NCBI GenBank assembly: GCA_964514285.1
Contig: CAZEQC010000002.1
Span: 18,165-82,164 of the forward strand
Origin: an uncultured Anaerolineales bacterium
GTDB taxonomy: Bacteria > Chloroflexota > Anaerolineae > B4-G1
DNA length: 64,000 nucleotides
Reading direction: 5' to 3'
In this document: one piece after another, positions 17,880 to 27,173 of the stretch
How positions within the stretch are numbered: the first letter of the stretch is position 1
How the letters are laid out: each line of letters starts with the position of its first letter
Made by a program: the position numbers and the translations under genes
The notes under the pieces: generated by a model
Told to the model about the DNA's origin: nothing
The model's input: only the letters and a program-made list of their open reading frames with translations
The model's database searches: none

Positions 17880-19325
17880 ATGAAAGTCGCTTTTATATCG
17901 TTGTTTAGAAGAGGCCAGGGAGGCGGCGAGGGACGCGTTGCCCACGAGCTGGCTCGTCATTTTGCGGAACGTCATGACGTGGTGATGATCTGTCCCGCGG
18001 GTGAGACGACGTTACTCAAGGAAGAGAGGGACGGGCTTAAGGTCTTCGGCGTGCGAAGCGCAGGAGACGGTGAGTTCCAGATGCCGGCGCTCTCGGCGAA
18101 GACGGTGCGAGCTATGTTCGACTTCCTCGACACCTTTAACCCGGACGTCGTCCACGCGCACGAGCCGGCTCTGATGGGTCTGATCGGCCAGATATGGGCC
18201 AAGATGCATCGGGTGCCTTTCGTGCACACGAGCCACGTGCTACCGTCGAAGGTGCTCGATTTCGGGGCCACGGCTGCCTTCGACATGAAGGTCTTACAGG
18301 GGTCATTCAGCGAGTCGATCTCACGCCGCCTGCTGACCGACTTCTACAGCAACTGCGATGCGATCGTGGCGCTCAATCAGCCAGCGCTGACTTCACTGCG
18401 CGACTTCGGCTATGAGGGCAAGATCTTTGTCATCCCCAACGGCCGAGAACTGGATAGATATGGTGCGTGTGCCAACGCAGATCTAAGCGCAGCTGAGAAA
18501 GTCCTGTCCTTTGTCGGCTACCTAAGCGAACGGAAGAATCAGATTTACCTGATCGACGCACACCGGCATCTACCCAAGCACTACAGACTGGTGCTGTTGG
18601 GCAAAGCACTGAAACCGGAATACGGCAAGAAACTCAAACAGTACTGTGACGTCCAGGAGCTGGACAACGTAGCGTTCCCCGGGCAAGTACCGCACGAGGA
18701 GATTCCGTCATACCTTGAACAGACGCACGTCTTCGTCTCTGCCTCGAAGATGGAGGTTCAAAGCCTAGTCGTGATTGAGGCGCTGGCATCGGGCACGCCA
18801 GTAGTGGGGCTATCCAACGAGACAGTCGACGAGCTGGTCGACGATGAGGTAGGACGTTGGCTTCCCAGAGAGACCACGCCAGAGCAGTTTGCAGCGAGCG
18901 TGCAGCAGCTCTGCAACCTAGCATCATCCAAGTATGAGGTGCTCTGTGAGAGCGCGCGCGATCGTGTCAGCCATCTAGACTGGTCAAACGTCGTCGACCA
19001 GACCGTGGCCGCCTACCAAGACCTGATCGAGGAGAAGGATTCGACAACGGGTGCGATCCCGCCCAAGGAGGAGGGGGCTATCCTGGTGGATCTCGTCTCC
19101 ACCCTGCCCTCTGGCGAGGTCAAAGAGGTGCTCAAGGAGCGGATCGAGATCGCACAGCAAGAGCCAGGGTCCGTGACAAGGTTTCTGATGGCCCTGTCCT
19201 TGAGGAAGAAATGGAGGGCGCTGAAGCGGGTACCCGGGTCGACGTGGCTCTTGGCGGGGGCAACTGTGATCATCTCCTTGGTTGGCTATCTCTTTATGAA
19301 GGGACGAGGGGAAGCAGAGGAATAG
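17880..19325 (+). CDS. GT4-family glycosyltransferase with extra C-terminal region ending in a TM helix
   Basis: GT-B fold sequence; E..LVVIEALASGTPVV motif; C-terminal WLLAGATVIISLVGYLF hydrophobic anchor. Confidence 0.82.
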   Translation: MKVAFISLFRRGQGGGEGRVAHELARHFAERHDVVMICPAGETTLLKEERDGLKVFGVRSAGDGEFQMPALSAKTVRAMFDFLDTFNPDVVHAHEPALMGLIGQIWAKMHRVPFVHTSHVLPSKVLDFGATAAFDMKVLQGSFSESISRRLLTDFYSNCDAIVALNQPALTSLRDFGYEGKIFVIPNGRELDRYGACANADLSAAEKVLSFVGYLSERKNQIYLIDAHRHLPKHYRLVLLGKALKPEYGKKLKQYCDVQELDNVAFPGQVPHEEIPSYLEQTHVFVSASKMEVQSLVVIEALASGTPVVGLSNETVDELVDDEVGRWLPRETTPEQFAASVQQLCNLASSKYEVLCESARDRVSHLDWSNVVDQTVAAYQDLIEEKDSTTGAIPPKEEGAILVDLVSTLPSGEVKEVLKERIEIAQQEPGSVTRFLMALSLRKKWRALKRVPGSTWLLAGATVIISLVGYLFMKGRGEAEE

Positions 19326-19351
19326 CCAGAGAGCAATCCAGATGACCTAGT

Positions 19352-21646
19352 ATGACGCTATATCAAGCATCCCGAACACGGCACACTGGCAGCCTGTCCC
19401 CACATCAGCAGGACCTGATCGAAGAGCTCACTGAGAATAAGGTCTTCCTAGAGGGACCGGCCGGCACGGGCAAGACGACGGTGGGCGTGGCTCGGCTGCT
19501 CCAGCTTCTCGAGTCGGACGTCCCGGGACGCTCGGTCCTGGTGTTCACCCCGCAACGCACCCTGGGGATCCCCTACTACGAGGCTGCGCACGGCTCATCG
19601 GTCGATGGCGGGGGTGGGGTAACCCTCCTAACGCTCGGCGGCCTCGCCCAGCGGATGGTCGATCTATTCTGGCCCTTGATCGTCGAGGAAGCTGGTTTCA
19701 GCCATCCGGAACAGCCTCCGACCTTCCTCACGTTGGAGACAGCTCAGTATTACATGGCGAGGGTCGTCCGTCCGCTGCTCGACGAGGGGGCTTTCGAGAG
19801 CGTGACCATCGACCGCAATCGACTCTATAGCCAGATCATCGACAACTTGAACAAGTCCACCGTGGTTGGCTTTCCCTACACAGAGATTGGCGATCGGCTC
19901 AAAGCCGCCTGGGGAGGTGAACCGAGCCGTCAGCGAATCTATGAGCAGGCACAGATCTGCGCTAATCGTTTTCGCCGTTACTGCCTGGGCCATAACTTAC
20001 TCGACTTCTCCCTCCAGGTGGACGTGTTTCTCAAGCATCTCTGGACTCGGCCCATCTGCCGCGACTACCTGCAGGAACGGTACCGTCATATGATCGTGGA
20101 CAACGTCGAGGAGGATGTGCCGGTCGCCCATGATCTGCTGCGAGCGTGGATTCCATCGGCGGAGACGGCCCTGGTGATCTACGATCAAGCAGCGGGATAT
20201 CGCCGCTTCCTGGGCGCCGATCCGGAGAGCGCCCATACGCTGCGTGAGGTCTGTGACGAGACCGTCTCCTTCGATCGGTCGTTCGTTATGCTGCCGGAGA
20301 TGGAGGCCCTTGGGGAAGCACTAACCCGAAGCGTCAACCGTTTGCCTCTCTCGTCGACACCCCCAGGAGACGTAAGGAGAGCGCTGGCCTATGAATCGCA
20401 CCGCTACCATCCCGAGATGCTGGACTGGGTGACCGAGCAGATCGCGGCGCTGGTGCACAAACAGAAGGTAGCGCCAGGCGAGATCGTCGTATTGGCCCCT
20501 TTCTTGAGCGACGCGCTTCGCTTCTCTTTGATCAATCGCCTGGAGAGGCAGGACGTACCTGCGCGGTCCCATAGGCCGTCACGAGCTCTGCGGGAGGAAT
20601 CGGCCACGCACTGTCTGCTCACGCTGGCCGCCATCGCCCACCCAGCGTGGGAGATCACGCCGACGCGGTTCGACGTGGCCTACGCGCTGATGCAGGCGAT
20701 CGAGGAGATGGATCTGGTGCGGGCCCAGCTGCTGGCCGAGATCGTCTACCGTGAGCAGGATCGTCAGCCAGTCTTGAGCTCATTCGACCGCATCAAGCCG
20801 CAGATGCAGGAGCGACTCACCTTCGTGCTCGGCGAGCGGTATGAGAGGCTGCGAGCCTGGATTGAGGCGTACGTCCAAACAGACTCTCGACGAGCCCCGT
20901 CCGGAGATGTCTCCGACGAGCAGCGGGCGCCGTCCAAGGCCCCCCAAACCAAGGAATCCGGCGAGCCCGGGAGGATGCCGCTCGATCACTTCCTGGGTCA
21001 TCTGTTCGGCGAGGTGCTTTCTCAAGCCGGATACGGCTTTCACCGCGACTTCGACGCTGCTGAGGTGGCGGCCAATCTGATCGAGTCGATACGCAAGTTC
21101 CGCTGGGTGACGGAGGAGACAAGCAACGCGCAAGGAGAACATAGCGAGAGCTCCGTTCCATTGGGCCAGGAGTACATCAAGATGGTCGAGGAAGGTGTAA
21201 TCGCCGCTCAGTATGTCCGCAGCTGGCGAATGGAGCCGGAGGACGCCGTACTGCTAGCTCCGGCCTACACTTTTCTGATCCGCAATCGCCCGGTCGACTA
21301 TCAGTTCTGGCTCAACGTCGGCGGGCGAGGCTGGTGGGAGCGGCTCTATCAGCCCCTTACGCATCCCTACGTTCTCAGCCGGCATTGGCCGCCATCCGAC
21401 GCGAAGGACGCGACGTGGACCGACAGCGATGAAGTCGAGGCTCGCGAGGAAGCGCTTCAGCGCTTGATTCAAGGGCTGATTCATCGCTGCCGCCGGAAAA
21501 TCTATCTGGGCTTCAGCGACTTGGGTGAACAGGGGTTTGAACAGAAAGGACCGTTGCTGCAAGTCTTCCAGCGGGTCTTACGCGCCATACTCGTCGAGTC
21601 GGAGCATAAGGGCCCGGACACCGAGTCGATCACCTATGGCTTTTGA
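19352..21646 (+). CDS. UvrD-like helicase paralog with degenerate motifs (AddB/RecC-like partner?)
   Basis: Walker A GPAGTGKTT is intact. DNVEED replaces DExQD, FLGADP replaces FRGA, and motif V/VI positions are degenerate. No nuclease domain. Confidence 0.7.
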   Translation: MTLYQASRTRHTGSLSPHQQDLIEELTENKVFLEGPAGTGKTTVGVARLLQLLESDVPGRSVLVFTPQRTLGIPYYEAAHGSSVDGGGGVTLLTLGGLAQRMVDLFWPLIVEEAGFSHPEQPPTFLTLETAQYYMARVVRPLLDEGAFESVTIDRNRLYSQIIDNLNKSTVVGFPYTEIGDRLKAAWGGEPSRQRIYEQAQICANRFRRYCLGHNLLDFSLQVDVFLKHLWTRPICRDYLQERYRHMIVDNVEEDVPVAHDLLRAWIPSAETALVIYDQAAGYRRFLGADPESAHTLREVCDETVSFDRSFVMLPEMEALGEALTRSVNRLPLSSTPPGDVRRALAYESHRYHPEMLDWVTEQIAALVHKQKVAPGEIVVLAPFLSDALRFSLINRLERQDVPARSHRPSRALREESATHCLLTLAAIAHPAWEITPTRFDVAYALMQAIEEMDLVRAQLLAEIVYREQDRQPVLSSFDRIKPQMQERLTFVLGERYERLRAWIEAYVQTDSRRAPSGDVSDEQRAPSKAPQTKESGEPGRMPLDHFLGHLFGEVLSQAGYGFHRDFDAAEVAANLIESIRKFRWVTEETSNAQGEHSESSVPLGQEYIKMVEEGVIAAQYVRSWRMEPEDAVLLAPAYTFLIRNRPVDYQFWLNVGGRGWWERLYQPLTHPYVLSRHWPPSDAKDATWTDSDEVEAREEALQRLIQGLIHRCRRKIYLGFSDLGEQGFEQKGPLLQVFQRVLRAILVESEHKGPDTESITYGF

Positions 21647-23915
21647 ACCCCGTCCCAAGCAGAGAGAGGTCTTGGACTACGTCAGCGGCAAGATGGGCGT
21701 CGCCGCCGTCCCCGGCAGCGGCAAGACAGTCACTCTCTCTGCGTTAGCTGCCAAGCTGGTCGCCGGTGATTACCTAGCGGACGATCAAGAGGTCCTGGTC
21801 GTGACCCTGGTCAACTCGGCCGTCGACAATTTCGCCGGGCAGGTAACCAGCTTCGTCACAGGCGTCGGGCTGCTGCCGCATATCGGGTATCGGGTGCGCA
21901 CGCTGCACGGCCTGGCTCACGACATCGTACGCGAGCGTCCGGGCCTAGTGGGGCTCTCGGATGACTTCCAGATCGTCGATGAGCGGGAGTCCAACCGGAT
22001 CCGTCAAGAGGCAGCGGAGACCTGGCTGAAGAGTCACCCAGACTGCATCGAAGATTTCCTGGCTCTTGACCTGGATGAGCGCCAACAGCAGTGGGTGCGC
22101 CGCGATCATTGGCCCGACCTGGTGAGTGACATCGCCTATAGCTTCATTAAACAGGCGAAGGATCTCCAATTGTCGCCGGTGGAGCTGCGTGACAGTCTTG
22201 ACCGTCATCCCCAGGCTCTACCCCTGGCCGAGATGGGTTGGGCGATCTACGCTGACTACCAGCGAGCGTTGGCCTATCGCGGCGCGGTCGACTTCGACGA
22301 TCTGATACGGCTGGCCCTGGAGGCCTTGCAGCTCGACGAGGACCTGCTGGCCCGCCTGCACCGTAAATGGCCCTACGTGCTGGAGGACGAAGCTCAGGAC
22401 AGCAGCCGTCTACAGCAGGAGATCCTCCAGCTGCTCGCCGGTCCTTCGACAAGCTCAGGACAGGGCTCCAGTCAAGGCTCAGAGCAAGTCGAGAATTGGG
22501 TCCGAGTTGGCGATCCCAATCAGGCCATCTACGAGACGTTCACCACGGCCAGCCCCGAGCATTTGCGGGAGTTCCTACACGAGCCAGGCGTAGAAAGGCG
22601 CGTGCTACCCAATTCTGGGCGGTCGATGCCGAGCATCATTGAGCTGGCTAACTTCCTCATCGGCTGGACGCAGGATAGCCATCCCATCGAGGCGGTGCGA
22701 GGCGCCCTTACACCACCGTATATCGAGCCAACGCCGCCCGGGGATCCACAGCCGAACCCCAGCGACGCCCCAGACCAGGTGCACATCGTGGGCAGGACGT
22801 TCACGCCGGCGGCGGAGCTCAAGGCTGTGGTAGACTCCCTGGAACGATGGTTGCCGGAGCATCCCGATGCCACGGTGGCCGTCCTGGTGCCGCGCAACCG
22901 GCGGGGCTTCCAGGTCGTCAATGAGCTGAAGCAGCGGGAGGTCGAGTATGTAGAGCTCCTGCGCAGCACAAGGGCCACGCGCGAGACCGCCGGTGCTCTG
23001 GGCAATCTGCTCAACTACCTGGCCGACCCGGTCTCCCCGACCAAGCTGGCCCGGGTCTATCGAGTCTGGCGACGAGAGGATCGCGAGGATACGGAAAAAC
23101 AGCAGCGTCTGGATAGTGTCGCCAAAGCACTGAGATCGTGCCAGCGGGTCGAGGACTTCCTTTGGCCGAGGCTCGGTCGCGACTGGCTGGACGAGATCGA
23201 GCTGTCCGAGCAGTACCTGGGCATCCGTGAGCACCTCAACACGTTCCGTCAGCTGGTTCGCCGCTGGCAGAAAGCGACCCTCTTGCCTATCGACCAACTG
23301 ATCCTGACGCTGGCTCAAGACCTCTTCGACGAGCCGGTCGATTTGGCTATGGCCCACAAACTGGCCGCAGTGTTGGAGCAAGTGAACGAGAGACACCCCG
23401 ATTGGCGTCTACCAGAGCTGACTGAGGAATTGGCCGTGATCGCCCGCAATGAGCGCCGTTTCCTTGGTCTGAGCGACGAGGACACCCGCTTCGACCCGAC
23501 GCGCCACAAGGGCAAGGTCGTGGTGGCTACTATCCACAAGGCCAAGGGCTTGGAATGGGACCGCGTCTATCTGATGTCGCTCAACAACTACAACTTCCCA
23601 GCGGGTCTACCCCATGACTCCTTCATCGGGGAGAAATGGTTCGTAAGGGACAGTTTGAACTTGGAGGCAGAGGGGCTGGAGCAACTGAGAGCCGTGGTCG
23701 AGCCCACAGATGCCCCGTACGAAGAGGGACGTGCCACACAGCAAGCTCGCCTAGACTATGCAGCCGAGCGTATGCGGCTTCTCTACGTAGGGATCACGCG
23801 CGCCAAGAAGGCGCTGATTATGACCTGGAACTCCGGAAGACGCGGTGACCAACAGCCAGCGGTGGCGTTCACCGCGCTCCGGACGTATTGGGAAGAGCAC
23901 AAACGGTTCTCATAA
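21636..23915 (+). CDS. UvrD/REP-family ATP-dependent DNA helicase
   Basis: PGSGKT, LEDEAQD, GDPNQAIY, TIHKAKGLEWD and LYVGITRAK motifs. ATG 21636 overlaps the upstream stop by 11 nt. Confidence 0.85.
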   Translation: MAFEPRPKQREVLDYVSGKMGVAAVPGSGKTVTLSALAAKLVAGDYLADDQEVLVVTLVNSAVDNFAGQVTSFVTGVGLLPHIGYRVRTLHGLAHDIVRERPGLVGLSDDFQIVDERESNRIRQEAAETWLKSHPDCIEDFLALDLDERQQQWVRRDHWPDLVSDIAYSFIKQAKDLQLSPVELRDSLDRHPQALPLAEMGWAIYADYQRALAYRGAVDFDDLIRLALEALQLDEDLLARLHRKWPYVLEDEAQDSSRLQQEILQLLAGPSTSSGQGSSQGSEQVENWVRVGDPNQAIYETFTTASPEHLREFLHEPGVERRVLPNSGRSMPSIIELANFLIGWTQDSHPIEAVRGALTPPYIEPTPPGDPQPNPSDAPDQVHIVGRTFTPAAELKAVVDSLERWLPEHPDATVAVLVPRNRRGFQVVNELKQREVEYVELLRSTRATRETAGALGNLLNYLADPVSPTKLARVYRVWRREDREDTEKQQRLDSVAKALRSCQRVEDFLWPRLGRDWLDEIELSEQYLGIREHLNTFRQLVRRWQKATLLPIDQLILTLAQDLFDEPVDLAMAHKLAAVLEQVNERHPDWRLPELTEELAVIARNERRFLGLSDEDTRFDPTRHKGKVVVATIHKAKGLEWDRVYLMSLNNYNFPAGLPHDSFIGEKWFVRDSLNLEAEGLEQLRAVVEPTDAPYEEGRATQQARLDYAAERMRLLYVGITRAKKALIMTWNSGRRGDQQPAVAFTALRTYWEEHKRFS

Positions 23916-23948
23916 AGCCCTGTGAAAAGGACCGCTCTAGGCTCTCGT

Positions 23949-26714
23949 TCAGTGCGACCCCTTCCCCAGTCGTGAGGGAGGCAGACTTGTCCCGTCGAGC
24001 CGCAGATGGACGGGCTCGACGGTCCGATCGGGACCTGAGGCGTGCTGAGGTAATGCAGCTCTCTCACTCAAGCCGGCAGCACCACCCATATACTTGCGCA
24101 ACAGAACATTGTCCACAAAGCTGCCCCTGGCGGTGACGCTGGAGTCGCTATCAAATACAAAAGCGATCCAAACCTCGTCTTCTCCGACTAGATCACCTAG
24201 CTGGAACACGTCACTCAGATCTAACACTTCATCTGTGGTCCACTGCGACCAGTCACCGCTCACCAGCTGACCGTAGTAGTTCTCTCCGTCAACGGAAGCG
24301 CCCCAGAAGAACACGTCATATTCCATCTCAGTATCGCTCCACCAATCGAAGATCAACTCAGCGGCTGTGGCATCGGCGAGGCTGAATGGGCCGAAGACCA
24401 TCCAAGCAAGGACATCGTTACGATAGTGGCGACCACAGCTGAGCGTCGAATCACCAGTCCCGACACTCCATGCACTGAAGGAGCCGCCATGATCTCTGCA
24501 ATCTCGCTTGTCCCAATAGTATAGACCGCTGTCGGAGTTTCCGTCACGGACGTTCCAGCGGCTGCCCGGGAATGCCCCCTCGAAGGTTTCGTCGAGGATG
24601 GTCTCCCATCCTCCTTGCCCACGAACAGTGACCGGGCGGACGTTACTCCAGCCGCTGTCTCCCCAAGCATTGGTGGCCTTGACCTGATAGTAGTACGTCC
24701 CGGGCGCCTTGCCGCCAAATGCCTTGTACACGTTCGTTGTAGGAGGATAGAGAATCGGGTTCAAGAGTGCTGCGTTGTCGCACTCCTGCAACGTATAGAC
24801 GTTTGCCCGAGCGGCCGGGCTCCAACGCACCGTGTAGCTCCCGTCGCCGTCTGCATTGTCGATAGGCTCAAGGGAGGGCGTGTCGGGAACCGGCGGGTAA
24901 TTTCTGAACAATAGGGGCAAATAGACGACGTGTTCCTGACCACCAGGAGATCTCACCCTGAACGCGTTCGGCAGCGTACCACTTCTGGCGTCGGGATTCG
25001 TGACCACGACGTGCCACGACCCCGCAGCAGCTCCCGCCAGGTCGAAGTCACAGGTGATCTTCGACGGATTGACCACAGCTACGTTTGTAGCGTTGATGTC
25101 CGGCTGGCCCGATTTGGTCAGTTTGACCATGGCCCCCGCCCGGAAGTTGCTGCCTGAGAGGTTGATGATATTCACAATCCCGGTGTTGAGCCCACTGGAA
25201 GGCGTGATGCCTGCCAGACTGGGAGCCTGCGGGGCCTCTACGCTGGTGCGAAGGCGAATCGCCACATCGGTGTTATACGTTGCGCCCATGTCCATCCACG
25301 AACTGCCCGAGGCACTCATATAGGTGCGCCCCGTTTCGATATTTCCGTGCGGATCGGTCGGGATAGGGTAACCATAGCTATGATTGGTGAACTTAGCCAC
25401 TGCAATGACGTCGTCACCGGGAGTCACCGGCACGGGGGAGCTGAGCTCCACTGAATGATACCCAGCCTCACTGTAGGCGTTGTTCAAGCCCTCACCTAGC
25501 TTGTTGCTCAAGGTGTTTCCATTGAAATCATCGTAGACGTAGACATCGACGTCGGTCGTAGCATCTGTGGTCCAGAACTCCACCCGGGTCACATTCGTGG
25601 TGGTGTCGGGGATGAACTTGGCCAACCCCCATCCGGTCGGATTGCCAAATCCCCAACTGCCCCACCAGCCATCATCATCGTAGTACCAGACGTCACCCGT
25701 AGAATCATAGTCCTGCCAACTGTGCACGAACGACGAGGCAGAGCCTATGTTGGCAGCGCCGTACGTGATGTAGAAATACCCGCCATCTCCCCAGTTCGTA
25801 CCCCAGCTATTCCTCACAATCCAGCCATCCGCTGGACCTGTACCGCCAGGCACGGGTGGCAGATTGTCACTCCAACCAACGATGAGCACACAGTGATTGA
25901 TGGCATCCCCCGGGGTGTTGTAGTTGAAAGTGTGGGACCCGTCATACGAACCGTCGAAACCCTGACCAGCGTTGGCATCCATCGAAGTGATGATGGGACC
26001 ATGGTCGTAGAGATACTGCTTCAGGACCTGGGGGTCAGGTACCGAACCACCATTGATGAGACGCCAGTCCAAGAGCGTCTTCTGATAGGGGCAGGTGCCC
26101 TTACAACCAACATCGCTGGGCACGTGCGGATCGCACGTCTCCAAGACCGTGCCCGTCTGGGAGAAAAGGCTGGCGAGCATAAAGGCGTTTCCGCCATCAC
26201 AACTCCCCCAGTAATCACCGGGATTAGGGTACTGAAAATCGTTCAACTCACGCCAGTTGCACTCTTTTGCATGGTTTTGCGAAAAGTCGAAGGTACCCGC
26301 CCCGTCGATCAGTAGTCTGGACTCGAAGCTACCCAGGAAACCGAAGGCGTAGCATGATCCGCAGGGATTCTGATTCTCCACCGGCGTGACGTAGGTCTGC
26401 CCGCCTCTGTCGCGCCAATCAAACTCATCTGGTAGCGCCCCCATAACGGTGCTTCCAGGCATCTTCTGGCCTGTGAGATGTGAGAGGTCCATGGGAGGCC
26501 GGATGAAGCCCGTTCCCGGGGGCAGCGGTTCCCTTGCCCCAGCATGCAGAGGCGCCTTCTGGGGCTGAGGCGGCGGCAGCTGTTCCAGGACAGGAGAACC
26601 TGTCGATTCGATCAGCACTGGTGGAACCGTATCTTGAGCACGGCCGGCCGAAAAGAACAGCAACAGCGATACCAAGGCCATTGCTGAAGTTACCATGATA
26701 CCTCGCATTTTCAT
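23949..26714 (-). CDS. Secreted multidomain papain-family (C1) cysteine peptidase
   Basis: Signal peptide; NQNPCGSCYAFG (Cys), INHCVLIVGW (His), NSWG. Followed by a lectin-like region, an IPT/TIG-like module, an FN3-like module and a C-terminal beta-rich domain. Confidence 0.85.
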   Translation of the reverse strand: MKMRGIMVTSAMALVSLLLFFSAGRAQDTVPPVLIESTGSPVLEQLPPPQPQKAPLHAGAREPLPPGTGFIRPPMDLSHLTGQKMPGSTVMGALPDEFDWRDRGGQTYVTPVENQNPCGSCYAFGFLGSFESRLLIDGAGTFDFSQNHAKECNWRELNDFQYPNPGDYWGSCDGGNAFMLASLFSQTGTVLETCDPHVPSDVGCKGTCPYQKTLLDWRLINGGSVPDPQVLKQYLYDHGPIITSMDANAGQGFDGSYDGSHTFNYNTPGDAINHCVLIVGWSDNLPPVPGGTGPADGWIVRNSWGTNWGDGGYFYITYGAANIGSASSFVHSWQDYDSTGDVWYYDDDGWWGSWGFGNPTGWGLAKFIPDTTTNVTRVEFWTTDATTDVDVYVYDDFNGNTLSNKLGEGLNNAYSEAGYHSVELSSPVPVTPGDDVIAVAKFTNHSYGYPIPTDPHGNIETGRTYMSASGSSWMDMGATYNTDVAIRLRTSVEAPQAPSLAGITPSSGLNTGIVNIINLSGSNFRAGAMVKLTKSGQPDINATNVAVVNPSKITCDFDLAGAAAGSWHVVVTNPDARSGTLPNAFRVRSPGGQEHVVYLPLLFRNYPPVPDTPSLEPIDNADGDGSYTVRWSPAARANVYTLQECDNAALLNPILYPPTTNVYKAFGGKAPGTYYYQVKATNAWGDSGWSNVRPVTVRGQGGWETILDETFEGAFPGSRWNVRDGNSDSGLYYWDKRDCRDHGGSFSAWSVGTGDSTLSCGRHYRNDVLAWMVFGPFSLADATAAELIFDWWSDTEMEYDVFFWGASVDGENYYGQLVSGDWSQWTTDEVLDLSDVFQLGDLVGEDEVWIAFVFDSDSSVTARGSFVDNVLLRKYMGGAAGLSERAALPQHASGPDRTVEPVHLRLDGTSLPPSRLGKGSH

Positions 26715-27173
26715 CGATTTTGCTCCTTGAATAATGGGGCGGGGATGGGCAGGCCGGATCGATTAGAGACAGAGGCCTGACAGCTGGCGAAGGGACGCTA
26801 TGGCAAGACTTGGCGAGCAAGAGCCGCAGGCAGCCGTTACAACCCCTTGCAGCATCGGATTCTACTTCAGAACGAAGGGAAGTCAAGTATGCCAGAGGTC
26901 ATACTCTTTGCCGGGAAAAGAGCCTCGACCAGAACACCTTGGGCCCCAAGGCAATTGGGGAGGCGTCGACACAAGTCTCCATAGCGGATCCAAGTGGCGG
27001 TACAACGTCGATCAAGCTATAATCTGGATATGATCGTGCAGATGTCTGCCGCTCTGGGGCCGGCTGGTCAACCATCACCGCTCGAAGGGCCGCCCCCGCG
27101 TACCGCTTCCAAGCGCGCCTTCTGGAGGCCCGCCACGTCTTCATAGTTCCTCAAGAATGAAGCCCCTGACATA

